A stretch of 64,000 bases of DNA from an uncultured Actinomycetota bacterium (GCA_963769475.1 CAVYLX010000003.1:7097-71096); one strand, 5' to 3'. Shown: positions 54,993 through 63,088, counted from the stretch's first letter. Notes: generated by a model not told the origin, from the sequence alone. Translations and numbers: made by a program.

Positions 54993-55151
54993 CTAGGCGC
55001 ACCAGCGGATGCCTTCGGTGGCGAGGTCAGCGGCAGGGTGTACGCCGGCGAGGTCCGGGCGCCGGCCCAGCAGGTCCGCGAGCGCTCGGGTGCGCTCGGC
55101 CTCACGGCGCTCCCTCACCAGGGCCGTCTCGTCACGCGATGTCGACGTCAT
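54993..55151 (-). CDS. Hypothetical small protein (52 aa), not in the ORF track (below size cutoff)
   Basis: Manual translation: MTSTSRDETALVRERREAERTRALADLLGRRPDLAGVHPAADLATEGIRWCA. High GC3. Overlaps the end of the upstream small ORF. The two may be one frameshifted gene. Confidence 0.3.
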   Translation of the reverse strand: MTSTSRDETALVRERREAERTRALADLLGRRPDLAGVHPAADLATEGIRWCA

Positions 55152-55287
55152 CTCTGCTCCCCATCCGGATGATCCACCAGGCTGCGGTGTACGCCGCAGC
55201 GACCGCCGGCAGCTCCCGGAAGCCCTCGGTGAACACGAGCGCGCCCAGATGTAGTCCCGCGATGGTGACGAGGGCGACGCGCTCCAT
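55132..55287 (-). CDS. Hypothetical small membrane protein (51 aa), apparently leaderless
   Basis: Manual translation: MERVALVTIAGLHLGALVFTEGFRELPAVAAAYTAAWWIIRMGSRDDVDIA. The ATG lies 9 nt downstream of a TATAAT box. Confidence 0.3.
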   Translation of the reverse strand: MERVALVTIAGLHLGALVFTEGFRELPAVAAAYTAAWWIIRMGSRDDVDIA

Positions 55288-55325
55288 AGTGACTTAATTA
55301 TAGCGAGTCACTCCAGTATTGCGAA
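55288..55325 (-). promoter_or_regulatory. Near-consensus sigma-70-type promoter (TTCGCA-17 nt-TATAAT) with a 7-bp inverted repeat flanking the -10 box
   Basis: On the minus strand: -35 TTCGCA (55325-55320), 17-nt spacer, -10 TATAAT (55302-55297). Inverted repeat AGTGACT (55288-55294) / AGTCACT (55306-55312). A local AT-rich patch in an otherwise 70% GC sequence. Confidence 0.5.
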
Positions 55326-55340
55326 GACTACCCCGACCGA

Positions 55341-56783
55341 TCAGTCGCCGAGCTCGGCGCGGCGGCGGATGACGTACTCCTGCAGCTCCTGGCGTGACGG
55401 CGTCGTCGAGGGTCGGCTCGACGTACTCCTCGAGCTTCTTCTGGTAGATCTCGGTCGGCTCGGTCGTTGGCGTCCTTGCCGCCGTTGCGCATCCAGCGCT
55501 CGTAGTTCTCCGACGAGGAGAGCAGCGGGCGGTAGAAGCAGGTGCGGAACCGCTCCATGGTGTGCGCGGCACCGAGGAAGTGGCCGCCGTGGCCGACCTC
55601 CTCGTGCGCGCCGAAGGCCATCGACTCCTCGTCGATCTCCAGCGGCGTGAACTCCGCCTGCATCATCTGCAGCAGCTCGATGTCGACGATGAACTTCTCG
55701 TAGCCCGCGACCAGGCCGCCCTCGAGCCAGCCGGCCGAGTGCATCACCCAGTTCGCGCCGGCCAGGAACGTCGGCATCATCGTCATCAGCGCTTCGTAGC
55801 CGGCCTGGGCGTCGGCCACCTGCGACGAGGTCAGCCCGCCGCCGGTGCGGAACGGCAGCCCGAAGTGGCGGGCGATCTGGCCGGTGCAGAGCAGGCCGAT
55901 GCCGGACTCCGGGCGTGCCGAACGTCGGCGAGCCCGACTGCATGTCGATGTTGGAGAGGAACGACCCGAAGATCACCGGCGTGCCCGGGCGGATCAGCTG
56001 CGACAGCGTGATGCCCGACAGCGCCTCGACGATCTGCTGCACGAGCGCGGCCGGGATGGTCACCGGCGACATCGCGCCCATCAGGATGAAGGGGGTGAGT
56101 ACGACGGGCTGGCCGGCCGCGGAGTACTCGAACTGCGCCTCGAGCATCCGGTCGTCCCAGCGCAGCGGCGAGTTGCAGTTGATCAGCGAGATCGTCGCCG
56201 GCGTCTCCTCGATCGCCTCCCGCGAGCCGAAGAGGATCGAGGTCATGGCCAGGGTGTCGGCGGCGTTGACGCCCGAGACCACGTTGCCCATGTAGATCTT
56301 GTCGGTCAGCGTCTGCAGCGCGTAGGTCATGTCGAGGTGGCGGCTGTCGAGCGGAGTGTCGTTGGGCTCGCAGATGATGCCGCCGGCGGAGTCGAGCACC
56401 GGGAACGTCTGGGCGAGCTTCGTGAAGTTGGTGAAGTCGTCCATGGTGGCGTCGCGGCGTACCTCGCCCTGGCGCACGAACGGCGGACCGTAGACGGCGC
56501 CGAACGCCATCGCGTCGCCGCCGATGTGGATGTTGTGCTCGGGGTTGCGGGCCTGCACGTCGAACTCACGCGGCGCCTTCGCCACCTGCTCCAGCACGAA
56601 GTCGGGATCGAGGAAGACCGTGTTGTCCTCCACGCGCTGGCCGGCCTTGCGGAACAGTTCGAGCGCGCGCTCGTCCATGAACTCGACGCCGATCTCGGTC
56701 ATCAGCTTGCGCCAGCCCCGGTCGAGGGTCGCCATCGCCTCGGCGGACAGCACCTCGTAGCGCGGCATCGTGTTGCGGAACAT
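55341..56783 (-). pseudogene. MttB-superfamily (trimethylamine methyltransferase family, non-pyrrolysine type) quaternary-amine:corrinoid methyltransferase, three frameshifts in the C-terminal third (about 55880, 55470, 55395)
   Basis: MFRNTMPRYEVLSAEAMATLDRGWRKLMTEIGVEFMDERALELFRKAGQRVEDNTVFLDPDFV...ISLINCNSPLRWDDRMLEAQFEYSAAGQPVVLTPFILMGAMSPVT...SNIDMQSGSPTFGTP. Continues in ORF 55328..55819 (ADAQAGYEALMTMMPTFLAGANWVMHSAGWLEGGLVAGYEKFIVDIELLQMM...EVGHGGHFLGAAHTMERF). Then EIYQKKLEEYVEPTLDDAV, then QELQEYVIRRRAELGD-stop. AGGAGG SD. Confidence 0.85.
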
Positions 56784-56791
56784 CGAACCTC

Positions 56792-56864
56792 CTGTGCTTG
56801 ACGCTGTGCTTGACCAGGCCCTCGCGGCATCCTAGCCTCATCATGTGGGACCACCGTTCCACAT
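56792..56864. promoter_or_regulatory. Divergent promoter/operator region between the MttB-family gene and the IclR-corrinoid operon
   Basis: Tandem direct repeat CTGTGCTTGAC (56792-56802, 56804-56814). On + strand: TTGACC (56810-56815), 17 nt, TAGCCT (56833-56838), then GTG 56845 six nt later, which implies a leaderless IclR mRNA. Inverted repeat ATGTGGGA-N6-TTCCACAT at 56843-56864 spans the start. Confidence 0.45.
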
Positions 56865-57672
56865 CATGGAACCAATGACCAGAGGTAGATCCGTGCCGAA
56901 CGGGACGAGCACCGCCGCCAGCGGGACGCAGGCGGTCGACCGCGCTGCGCTGCTGGTGTCGACGGTCGTCCACGCCGACGTACCGCTCACCTTCGCGGAC
57001 CTCCAGGAGACCTCGGGCCTGGCCAAGTCGACGACCTCGCGGATGCTCACCGCGCTGGAGCGCACCGAGCTGCTCGAGCGCAACGAGGCCGGCTCCTACG
57101 TCGCCGGTCCCCTCTTCTGGCTCTACGCCACTCGGCACGACCCGTGGGACGAGCTGGTGCGCCTGGCGCAGCCGACCCTCGAGTACGTCGGCGCCTCGAC
57201 CGGCGAGACCGTGAACCTCTCGGTGGCCCGGGGAGACCGCGTGGTCCAGGTGGCCCAGGTCGACTCGACGTACCTGCTCGGCACCCGCGACTGGACCGAG
57301 GTCGACGTGCCCACGCACTGCTCGGCGCTCGGCAAGGTGCTGCTCGCCTACGGCGTGATCGACCTCCCGGTCGGCGAGCTCGAGCAGCTGACCCCCCACA
57401 CCGTCACCGATCGCGACCAGCTGGCCCAGCAGTTCACGCAGGTCGCGCGCCGCGGCTACGCCAGCACCGTCGACGAGCTGGAGATCGGGCTCACCGGTCT
57501 CGGGGTGCCCGTGCGCGGCAGCCAGGGCGAGGTGATCGCGGCCCTGGGCGTCTCGGGTCCCAGCCCGCGACTGGAAGACCGGCACGACGAGCTCGGCCGG
57601 CTGTTGACCGAACGAGCGGAGCAGCTGTCCGGGCTGCTCCGTCGCCGAACCCGTAAGGAAGGCGTGGCATGA
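56845..57672 (+). CDS. IclR family transcriptional regulator
   Basis: Intact ORF: ...GTQAVDRAALLVSTVVHADVPLTFADLQETSGLAKSTTSRMLTALERTELLERNEAGSYVAGPLF...GYASTVDELEIGLTGLGVPV. Alternative starts at 56866, 56875 and 56893. The stop overlaps the next ATG (ATGA). Confidence 0.8.
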   Translation: MGPPFHIMEPMTRGRSVPNGTSTAASGTQAVDRAALLVSTVVHADVPLTFADLQETSGLAKSTTSRMLTALERTELLERNEAGSYVAGPLFWLYATRHDPWDELVRLAQPTLEYVGASTGETVNLSVARGDRVVQVAQVDSTYLLGTRDWTEVDVPTHCSALGKVLLAYGVIDLPVGELEQLTPHTVTDRDQLAQQFTQVARRGYASTVDELEIGLTGLGVPVRGSQGEVIAALGVSGPSPRLEDRHDELGRLLTERAEQLSGLLRRRTRKEGVA

Positions 57673-58334
57673 CACCCGAGGAAATCCTGACCGGCCTCTA
57701 CGACGAGACCCTGGTGGGCAACGCGCCGCGAGTGCTCGAGCTGACCAACGAGGGGCTCGGCATCGGCATGGAGCCCCAGACCATGCTCTTCGACGCCCTG
57801 ATCCCGTCGCTGGAGGAGGTCGGTGCGCGGTTCGAGCGCGGCGACTTCTTCGTGCCCGAGATGCTGATCGCGGGTCGCGCGATGGCCGGGGCGATGGAGG
57901 TGCTACGGCCGCTGCTCGCGGAGACCGGGGTCGAGACCATCGGCAAGTTCCTGATGGGCACGGTCAAGGGCGATGTGCACGACATCGGCAAGAACCTCGT
58001 CAACATCATGCTCGAGGGAGCCGGCTTCGAGGTGATCGACCTCGGCGTGCAGGTGGCGCCCGAGAAGTTCGTGTCGGCCATCGAGGAGCACCAGCCCGAC
58101 ATCGTCGGCTTCTCCGCGTTCCTGACCACCACGATGCCGATGTTCAAGGCCAACATGAACGCCCTCGAGAAGGCCGGCATCCGCAACACCGTGATCGTCA
58201 TGGTCGGCGGCGCCCCCGTCACCCAGGAGTACGCCGACGCGGTCGGTGCCGATGGCTACGCCGCCGACGCCTCCCAGACCGTCAAGCGGGCCAAGGCCCT
58301 GCTCCACGAGAAGCGCGCGAAGGTGCCGGCGTAA
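57669..58334 (+). CDS. Cobalamin (B12)-binding corrinoid protein (MtgC/MttC-like: helical cap plus Rossmann B12-binding domain)
   Basis: Intact ORF with the DxHxxG base-off/His-on motif: GTVKGDVHDIGKNLVNIMLEGAGFEVIDLGVQV...IVGFSAFLTTTMP...VMVGGAPV. Confidence 0.9.
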   Translation: MTPEEILTGLYDETLVGNAPRVLELTNEGLGIGMEPQTMLFDALIPSLEEVGARFERGDFFVPEMLIAGRAMAGAMEVLRPLLAETGVETIGKFLMGTVKGDVHDIGKNLVNIMLEGAGFEVIDLGVQVAPEKFVSAIEEHQPDIVGFSAFLTTTMPMFKANMNALEKAGIRNTVIVMVGGAPVTQEYADAVGADGYAADASQTVKRAKALLHEKRAKVPA

Positions 58335-59218
58335 TGGCGGCTCCGCGTCTCGAGACCAAGCTGCGCTCGGCCACCCAGGAGGTGGTGATCGGCCACGACA
58401 CCCGCTTCTGCCTGATCGGCGAGCGGATCAACCCGACCGGCCGCCGGATCTTCCAGGAGCAGCTCCGGGCCGGCGACCTCTCGGCCATCGAGCGCGACGT
58501 GAAGGCCCAGGTCGAGGGTGGAGCCGACGTACTCGACATCAACATGGGTGTGCCGCTGACCGACGAGGCCGAGCTGCTCGCCAAGGCGATCACCATGGTC
58601 CAGGAGCTGAGCGACAAGCCGATCTGCATCGACTCCTCCGTCGTGGAGGCGCTCGAGGCGGGGCTGTCGGTCTACCAGGGCCGGGCGCTGGTCAACTCCA
58701 TCACCGCCGAGGACGAGCGGATGGAGCAGATCCTCCCGCTGGTGAAGAAGTACGACGCCGCGATCATCGCGCTGCCCAACGACTCCGACGAGATCCCGAT
58801 GGAGGTCGAGAAGCGGATCGTGCTGACCCGCAAGATCATCGAGGTCGCCACGAAGGAGTACGGCATCGCCGCCGCCGACATCGTGATCGACCCGCTGGCC
58901 ATGCCGATCGGCGCCGACCAGGAGGTCGTCAACACCACACTCGAGACGATGCGCCGGATCCGCGAGGAGTTCGGCGTCAACATGACCTGCGGTGCCTCCA
59001 ACGTCTCGTTCGGCATGCCGTCGCGGCACGCTCTCGGCGCGGCGTTCCTGCCGATGGCGATGACCGCCGGGCTGACCTCCGCGATCATGGACACGCGCAC
59101 GCCCGAGATCGTCGAGGCGGTCAAGGCGGCCGACCTGCTGCTCGGGCACGACGAGTGGGGCGGCTCCTGGATCGCCGCGCACCGGGCCCGGCTGGCCCGG
59201 GAAGCCGCCACCGCGTGA
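58334..59218 (+). CDS. Pterin-binding methyltransferase (methylcorrinoid:tetrahydrofolate methyltransferase, MtgA/MtrH/AcsE-like)
   Basis: Intact ORF: FCLIGERINPTGRRIFQEQLRAGDLSAIERDVKAQVEGGADVLDINMGVP...ICIDSS...ALVNSIT...VIDPLAMPIGADQ...MTCGASNVSFGMPSR. The ATG overlaps the upstream TAA (TAATG). Confidence 0.85.
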   Translation: MAAPRLETKLRSATQEVVIGHDTRFCLIGERINPTGRRIFQEQLRAGDLSAIERDVKAQVEGGADVLDINMGVPLTDEAELLAKAITMVQELSDKPICIDSSVVEALEAGLSVYQGRALVNSITAEDERMEQILPLVKKYDAAIIALPNDSDEIPMEVEKRIVLTRKIIEVATKEYGIAAADIVIDPLAMPIGADQEVVNTTLETMRRIREEFGVNMTCGASNVSFGMPSRHALGAAFLPMAMTAGLTSAIMDTRTPEIVEAVKAADLLLGHDEWGGSWIAAHRARLAREAATA

Positions 59219-59228
59219 CGGGAACCCG

Positions 59229-61238
59229 ATGACCGGCGACGGGACCGACGGCCCGGAGATCACTCTCGCCGACCTGCCCGACATGGGCCGCGAGGGTCTG
59301 CTCGCGCCGTCCGGCACCGAGCAGGCAGCGCACGACGGCACCGGCCGGGTCGACCTCGCGTTCACCGTGCATGCCACCCCCGACGCGACCTCGGGCGCGG
59401 CGGTGCCGCCGACCCAGCGCGGCGTCCGCGTGCCGCCGGGGGTGACGGTCTTCGACTCCGCGTCGTGGAACGGCATCGCGATCGACTCCACCTGCGGCGG
59501 TCACGGCACCTGCCACAAGTGCAAGGTGAAGGTCGAGGGAGCCAGAGAAGGATTCAGCGTGCCGGTCACCCGGCACGACGTCCGCACCTTCAGCCCCGAT
59601 CAGCTCACCGAGGGCTGGCGGCTCGCCTGCCTGGTGCAGGCGACCCGCGACCTCAAGGTCGAGGTGCCGCCGCTGACGACCCGGCCCAAGGCGGCCACGG
59701 TCGGGGTCGGCCGACAGGTGATCCTGCGCCCGGCCCTGCAGAAGCGCTACGTCGAGCTCGCCGAAGCGACCCTGGCCGACCAGCGCACCGACCTGGTGCG
59801 GCTGACCGACGCGATCGACGACCTCGAGCTGACCGCCGACCTCCATGTCCTACGTCGGCTCGCGACCGTCCTCCGGGAGTCGGACTTCAAGGTCACCGCG
59901 GTGATCGTCGACGAGGCCCTGATCGACGTCGAGCCCGGTGACACGACCGATGCCCGGTTCGCCATCGCCTTCGACCTCGGCACCACCACGGTGGTCGCGA
60001 CCCTGCTCGACGTCGGCACCGGCACCCCTCTCGCGGTCACCTCGATGCTCAACAAGCAGCAGCCGTTCGGCGGCGACGTGATCACCCGGATCAGCGCCAC
60101 GATGATGGACAAGGACACCCTCGGCCGGCTGCAGGAAGCGGCCGGCGCGACCCTGGCCGAGCTCGCGGGCCAGGTCTGCCGGGAGGCCGGGGTCGACCCG
60201 GCGACGGTCTACGAGGTCGCGATCGCCGGCAACGCCACGATGACCGCGCTGGCCCTGGGCATCGACCCCGAACCCCTCGGTGTCGCGCCGTTCGTGATGT
60301 CGTCGGCCCAGCCGCCGTCCGTGCTGGCGACCGACGTCGGGCTGACGCTGCACCCCCGCGCGCGTGCCTTCTTCTTCCCCGCCCTCGGTGCGTACGTCGG
60401 CGGCGACATCGTCGCGGGCATGCTCGCGACCGGCATGGACCGCGACAAGCGCACCCGTCTCTTCATCGACGTGGGCACCAACTGCGAGATCGTGCTCAGC
60501 GACGGCGACACCATCCTGTCCACCGCGGCGCCGGCGGGGCCGGCGTTCGAGGGTGGCGCGATCCGCTGTGGGATGCGTGCCGCTGACGGTGCGATCGAGG
60601 TGATCAAGCTCGACGCCAACGCGACCGGCGACGACCCCGCGGTCACCCTCGGTGTGATCGGCGACGTCGAGCCGCGCGGCCTGTGCGGCTCCGGACTGGT
60701 CGACGCCGTGGCCGAGCTGGTGAAGGTCGGCCTGCTCGACGCCAGCGGTCGGCTGATCCCCGACGAGGACGCCAAGACGACCGCACCGGCGCTGGCCGAC
60801 CGGATGGCGAAGATCGGCGAGGAGAGGGTCTTCATCCTGCACCGGCCGACGCCCGACACCGAGCCTGCCGAGTGCGTCTACCTCTCGCAGCGCGACGTCC
60901 GCGAGCTGCAGTTCGCCAAGGCCGCGATCTCGACGGGCTGGACGCTGCTGCTCGAGCAGCTGAACCTCGAGCACCGCGACGTTCAGCAGGTGCTGCTCGC
61001 GGGTTCCTTCGGCAGCTACCTCTCCCCTGCGTCCGCTGTCCGGATCGGCCTGGTGCCGCAGCTGCCGGTGATGCGGATCGTCGCCGCCGGCAACGTGGCC
61101 GGCGAGGGCGCGAAGATGGCGCTGCTGTCGGTGCGGGAGCGTGCTGGCGCGACCACGCTGCTGGAGGAGGTGGCCTATGTCGAGCTCTCCGACCGCCCCG
61201 ACTTCAACGACAAGTTCGTCGAGCAGCTCAGCTTCTGA
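59229..61238 (+). CDS. Corrinoid reductive activase (RACo/RamA-like: N-terminal 2Fe-2S ferredoxin domain plus ASKHA ATPase domain)
   Basis: Intact 669-aa ORF. Ferredoxin Cys cluster DSTCGGHGTCHKCKV...WRLACLVQA. ASKHA blocks FAIAFDLGTTTVVATLLD, IAGNATMT, FIDVGTNCEIVL, PAFEGGAIRCGMRA, LLAGSFGSYL. Confidence 0.85.
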   Translation: MTGDGTDGPEITLADLPDMGREGLLAPSGTEQAAHDGTGRVDLAFTVHATPDATSGAAVPPTQRGVRVPPGVTVFDSASWNGIAIDSTCGGHGTCHKCKVKVEGAREGFSVPVTRHDVRTFSPDQLTEGWRLACLVQATRDLKVEVPPLTTRPKAATVGVGRQVILRPALQKRYVELAEATLADQRTDLVRLTDAIDDLELTADLHVLRRLATVLRESDFKVTAVIVDEALIDVEPGDTTDARFAIAFDLGTTTVVATLLDVGTGTPLAVTSMLNKQQPFGGDVITRISATMMDKDTLGRLQEAAGATLAELAGQVCREAGVDPATVYEVAIAGNATMTALALGIDPEPLGVAPFVMSSAQPPSVLATDVGLTLHPRARAFFFPALGAYVGGDIVAGMLATGMDRDKRTRLFIDVGTNCEIVLSDGDTILSTAAPAGPAFEGGAIRCGMRAADGAIEVIKLDANATGDDPAVTLGVIGDVEPRGLCGSGLVDAVAELVKVGLLDASGRLIPDEDAKTTAPALADRMAKIGEERVFILHRPTPDTEPAECVYLSQRDVRELQFAKAAISTGWTLLLEQLNLEHRDVQQVLLAGSFGSYLSPASAVRIGLVPQLPVMRIVAAGNVAGEGAKMALLSVRERAGATTLLEEVAYVELSDRPDFNDKFVEQLSF

Positions 61239-61248
61239 CCGGATCTCA

Positions 61249-61818
61249 TTGATCGCCTGCGGCGCCTGGTCGCAGCCGGCTGCCGAGATCGCCGCCCGCC
61301 GCGGCTGGCCCGTCGACGTACACCCCCTGCCGCCGTTGCTGCACAACCAGCCGCAGCTCATCGCCGGCGAGGTCCGGGCCCTGGCCGAGCGGTTGCTCGC
61401 CGATGGCCACCGCGTCGCGGTCGGCTATGCCGACTGCGGCACCTACGGCGCCCTCGACGAGGTCTGCGACGACCTCGGGATCGAGCGCGTGCCCGGCCTG
61501 CACTGCTACGACGTGTACGCCGGCCCGGAGCGGCTGGCCACCTTCTTCGAGGAGCAACCCGGCACCTACGTGCTCACCGACTTCCTGGCGCGCTCGTTCG
61601 CGCGGACCGTGATCCGCGAGCTCGGCCTCGACCGTTGGCCCGAGCTCCGCGAGGACTACTTCCGTTCCTACACGCGCGTGGTGTGGCTGGCCCAGAAGCC
61701 GGACGACGAGCTCCGCGCGCTCGCCCAGCAGGCAGCCGACGCGATCGGCCTCCCCCTGACCGTGGTCGACACCGGCAATGCCGGCCTCGAGAGCGCGCTG
61801 GAGTCTCTCGTCGGCTAG
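61249..61818 (+). CDS. DUF1638 domain protein (recurrent partner of corrinoid methyltransferase clusters, function unknown); start codon uncertain (TTG 61249 proposed)
   Basis: ORF 61141..61818. Its upstream part overlaps the activase gene, so I chose the first start after stop 61238. LIACGAWSQPAAEIAARRGWPVDVHPLPPLLHNQPQLIAGEVRALAERLLADGHRVAVGYADCGTYGALDEVC...LTDFLARSF... Confidence 0.7.
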   Translation: MIACGAWSQPAAEIAARRGWPVDVHPLPPLLHNQPQLIAGEVRALAERLLADGHRVAVGYADCGTYGALDEVCDDLGIERVPGLHCYDVYAGPERLATFFEEQPGTYVLTDFLARSFARTVIRELGLDRWPELREDYFRSYTRVVWLAQKPDDELRALAQQAADAIGLPLTVVDTGNAGLESALESLVG

Positions 61819-62657
61819 ACCTGGAGCCGATGCAGCCAGTCCTGTCGCCACGCCTCGGTCTCGGCGACCTGGTTGAACGTGTAGACGTGCAGGCCCGGCA
61901 CGTTGGCCTCGGGGTCTCCGAGGGTCGGCGCGCACCTGGTCAGGAACGACTCGCCGGTGAACCCGCCCGGCGCGACCAGCCGCGTCATCAGGCCCTTCTG
62001 CTTGGACAAGAACCGCGTCGAGTCGCCGACGCCGATCTTGGTGGCCATGCCCAGCAGCTTGGTCCGGTCGACCGGCCCCGGCAGGCCCACAAGCAACGGC
62101 AGCGTGATGCCGCGCAGCCGCATCCGGTGCAGCCAGTCCTTGACCACTGCGGGGTCGAAGGTCAGGTTGCTGACGACGTACGTCGCGTGCTTGCGCTTGT
62201 CCCACATGGACTGGACCGTCAGGTCGTCGTGGATCGTCGGGTGGCTCTCCGGGTAGCCGGCGACGCCGACATCGGTGAACGGACTGCCCAGCTCGGTCAG
62301 GTCCTCGAGCATCGACAGCGCGTCCTTGTAGTCCCCCACCGGGTCCGCGTCACCGCCCGGCACGAACACGCTCGTGATGCCGGCACCCTTCAGCCGGTCG
62401 ACCAGCTCGGCGAGCTCGGACCGGCCGCTGACCATCCGCGCGGCCAGGTGCGGCACGACGCTGTAGCCCTGCGCGGTCAGGCTCTCGGCCATCACGATGG
62501 TGCGCTCGAGACCCATCGACGGCGAGGCGGTCACGGTCAGCTGCACGGTGGTCGGCACCGACTCGAGCACCTTCGCCTCGATGCTCGGCGTGGGCAGGAT
62601 CTCGTAGCGGGCATGGGTGAGCAGCCGACTGACGGTGGCGCGGTCTTTGTTGCGCAT
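61815..62657 (-). CDS. Methylenetetrahydrofolate reductase (MetF-like)
   Basis: Intact ORF: MRNKDRATVSRLLTHARYEILPTPSIEAKV...TVTASPSMGLERT...SVFVPGGDADPVGDYKDALSMLEDL...VAGYPESHP...YVVSNLTFD...LPLLVGLPGPV. Confidence 0.8.
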   Translation of the reverse strand: MRNKDRATVSRLLTHARYEILPTPSIEAKVLESVPTTVQLTVTASPSMGLERTIVMAESLTAQGYSVVPHLAARMVSGRSELAELVDRLKGAGITSVFVPGGDADPVGDYKDALSMLEDLTELGSPFTDVGVAGYPESHPTIHDDLTVQSMWDKRKHATYVVSNLTFDPAVVKDWLHRMRLRGITLPLLVGLPGPVDRTKLLGMATKIGVGDSTRFLSKQKGLMTRLVAPGGFTGESFLTRCAPTLGDPEANVPGLHVYTFNQVAETEAWRQDWLHRLQV

Positions 62658-62665
62658 AGAGCAAC
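62649..62665. promoter_or_regulatory. Copy of the GTTGCG-N5-CGCAAC motif (GTTGCGCATAGAGCAAC, one mismatch) spanning the MetF-like start codon
   Basis: Read directly. It partly coincides with the codons Met-Arg-Asn, so it is weaker evidence than the intergenic copies. Confidence 0.35.
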
Positions 62666-62752
62666 CCGATTCGTGATACGCGACGAGTAGGTTTACTCTA
62701 CTGCGACAAACGGCCCCGCGACAGGGCTGCGACCAGGTGAAAGACTGGGCTC

Positions 62753-63088
62753 ATGACCGAAGCGGAAGAGAGCGTGCCGCCAGCCGTGCTGCGCATGGTC
62801 GAGGCCACCAACGCCGGCGACAGCGCCGGCTTCGTCGCGGCGTTCGCCGACGACGCGTACCTCGAGGACTGGGGTCGTGGCTTCCACGGGCGCGATGGCA
62901 TCGCCAGCTGGGACCAGTCCGACAACATCGGCCGCCAGTCGCACTTCGAGGTCCGGTCGGTGCGCGCCGAGGGCGCCGGCTACGTCGTCACGCTCGCGGT
63001 CAGCGGGGGCGGGTTCAACGGCGTGAGCGACTTCTACTTCGAGGTCGACGGCGACGTGATCCGCCAGATGATCATCCGGGCCGACTGA
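62753..63088 (+). CDS. Nuclear transport factor 2 (SnoaL-like) family protein
   Basis: Intact ORF: MTEAEESVPPAVLRMVEATNAGDSAGFVAAFADDAYLEDWGRGFHGRDGIASW... Confidence 0.65.
   Translation: MTEAEESVPPAVLRMVEATNAGDSAGFVAAFADDAYLEDWGRGFHGRDGIASWDQSDNIGRQSHFEVRSVRAEGAGYVVTLAVSGGGFNGVSDFYFEVDGDVIRQMIIRAD

Noticed and set aside
55341-56783. Possible pyrrolysine (in-frame amber) codon in the MttB-family gene.
   Set aside because: The interruptions I can trace are frame changes, not an in-frame TAG flanked by continuing homology in the same frame. No pylTSBCD-like genes are in the window. Context and sequence fit the non-Pyl branch.
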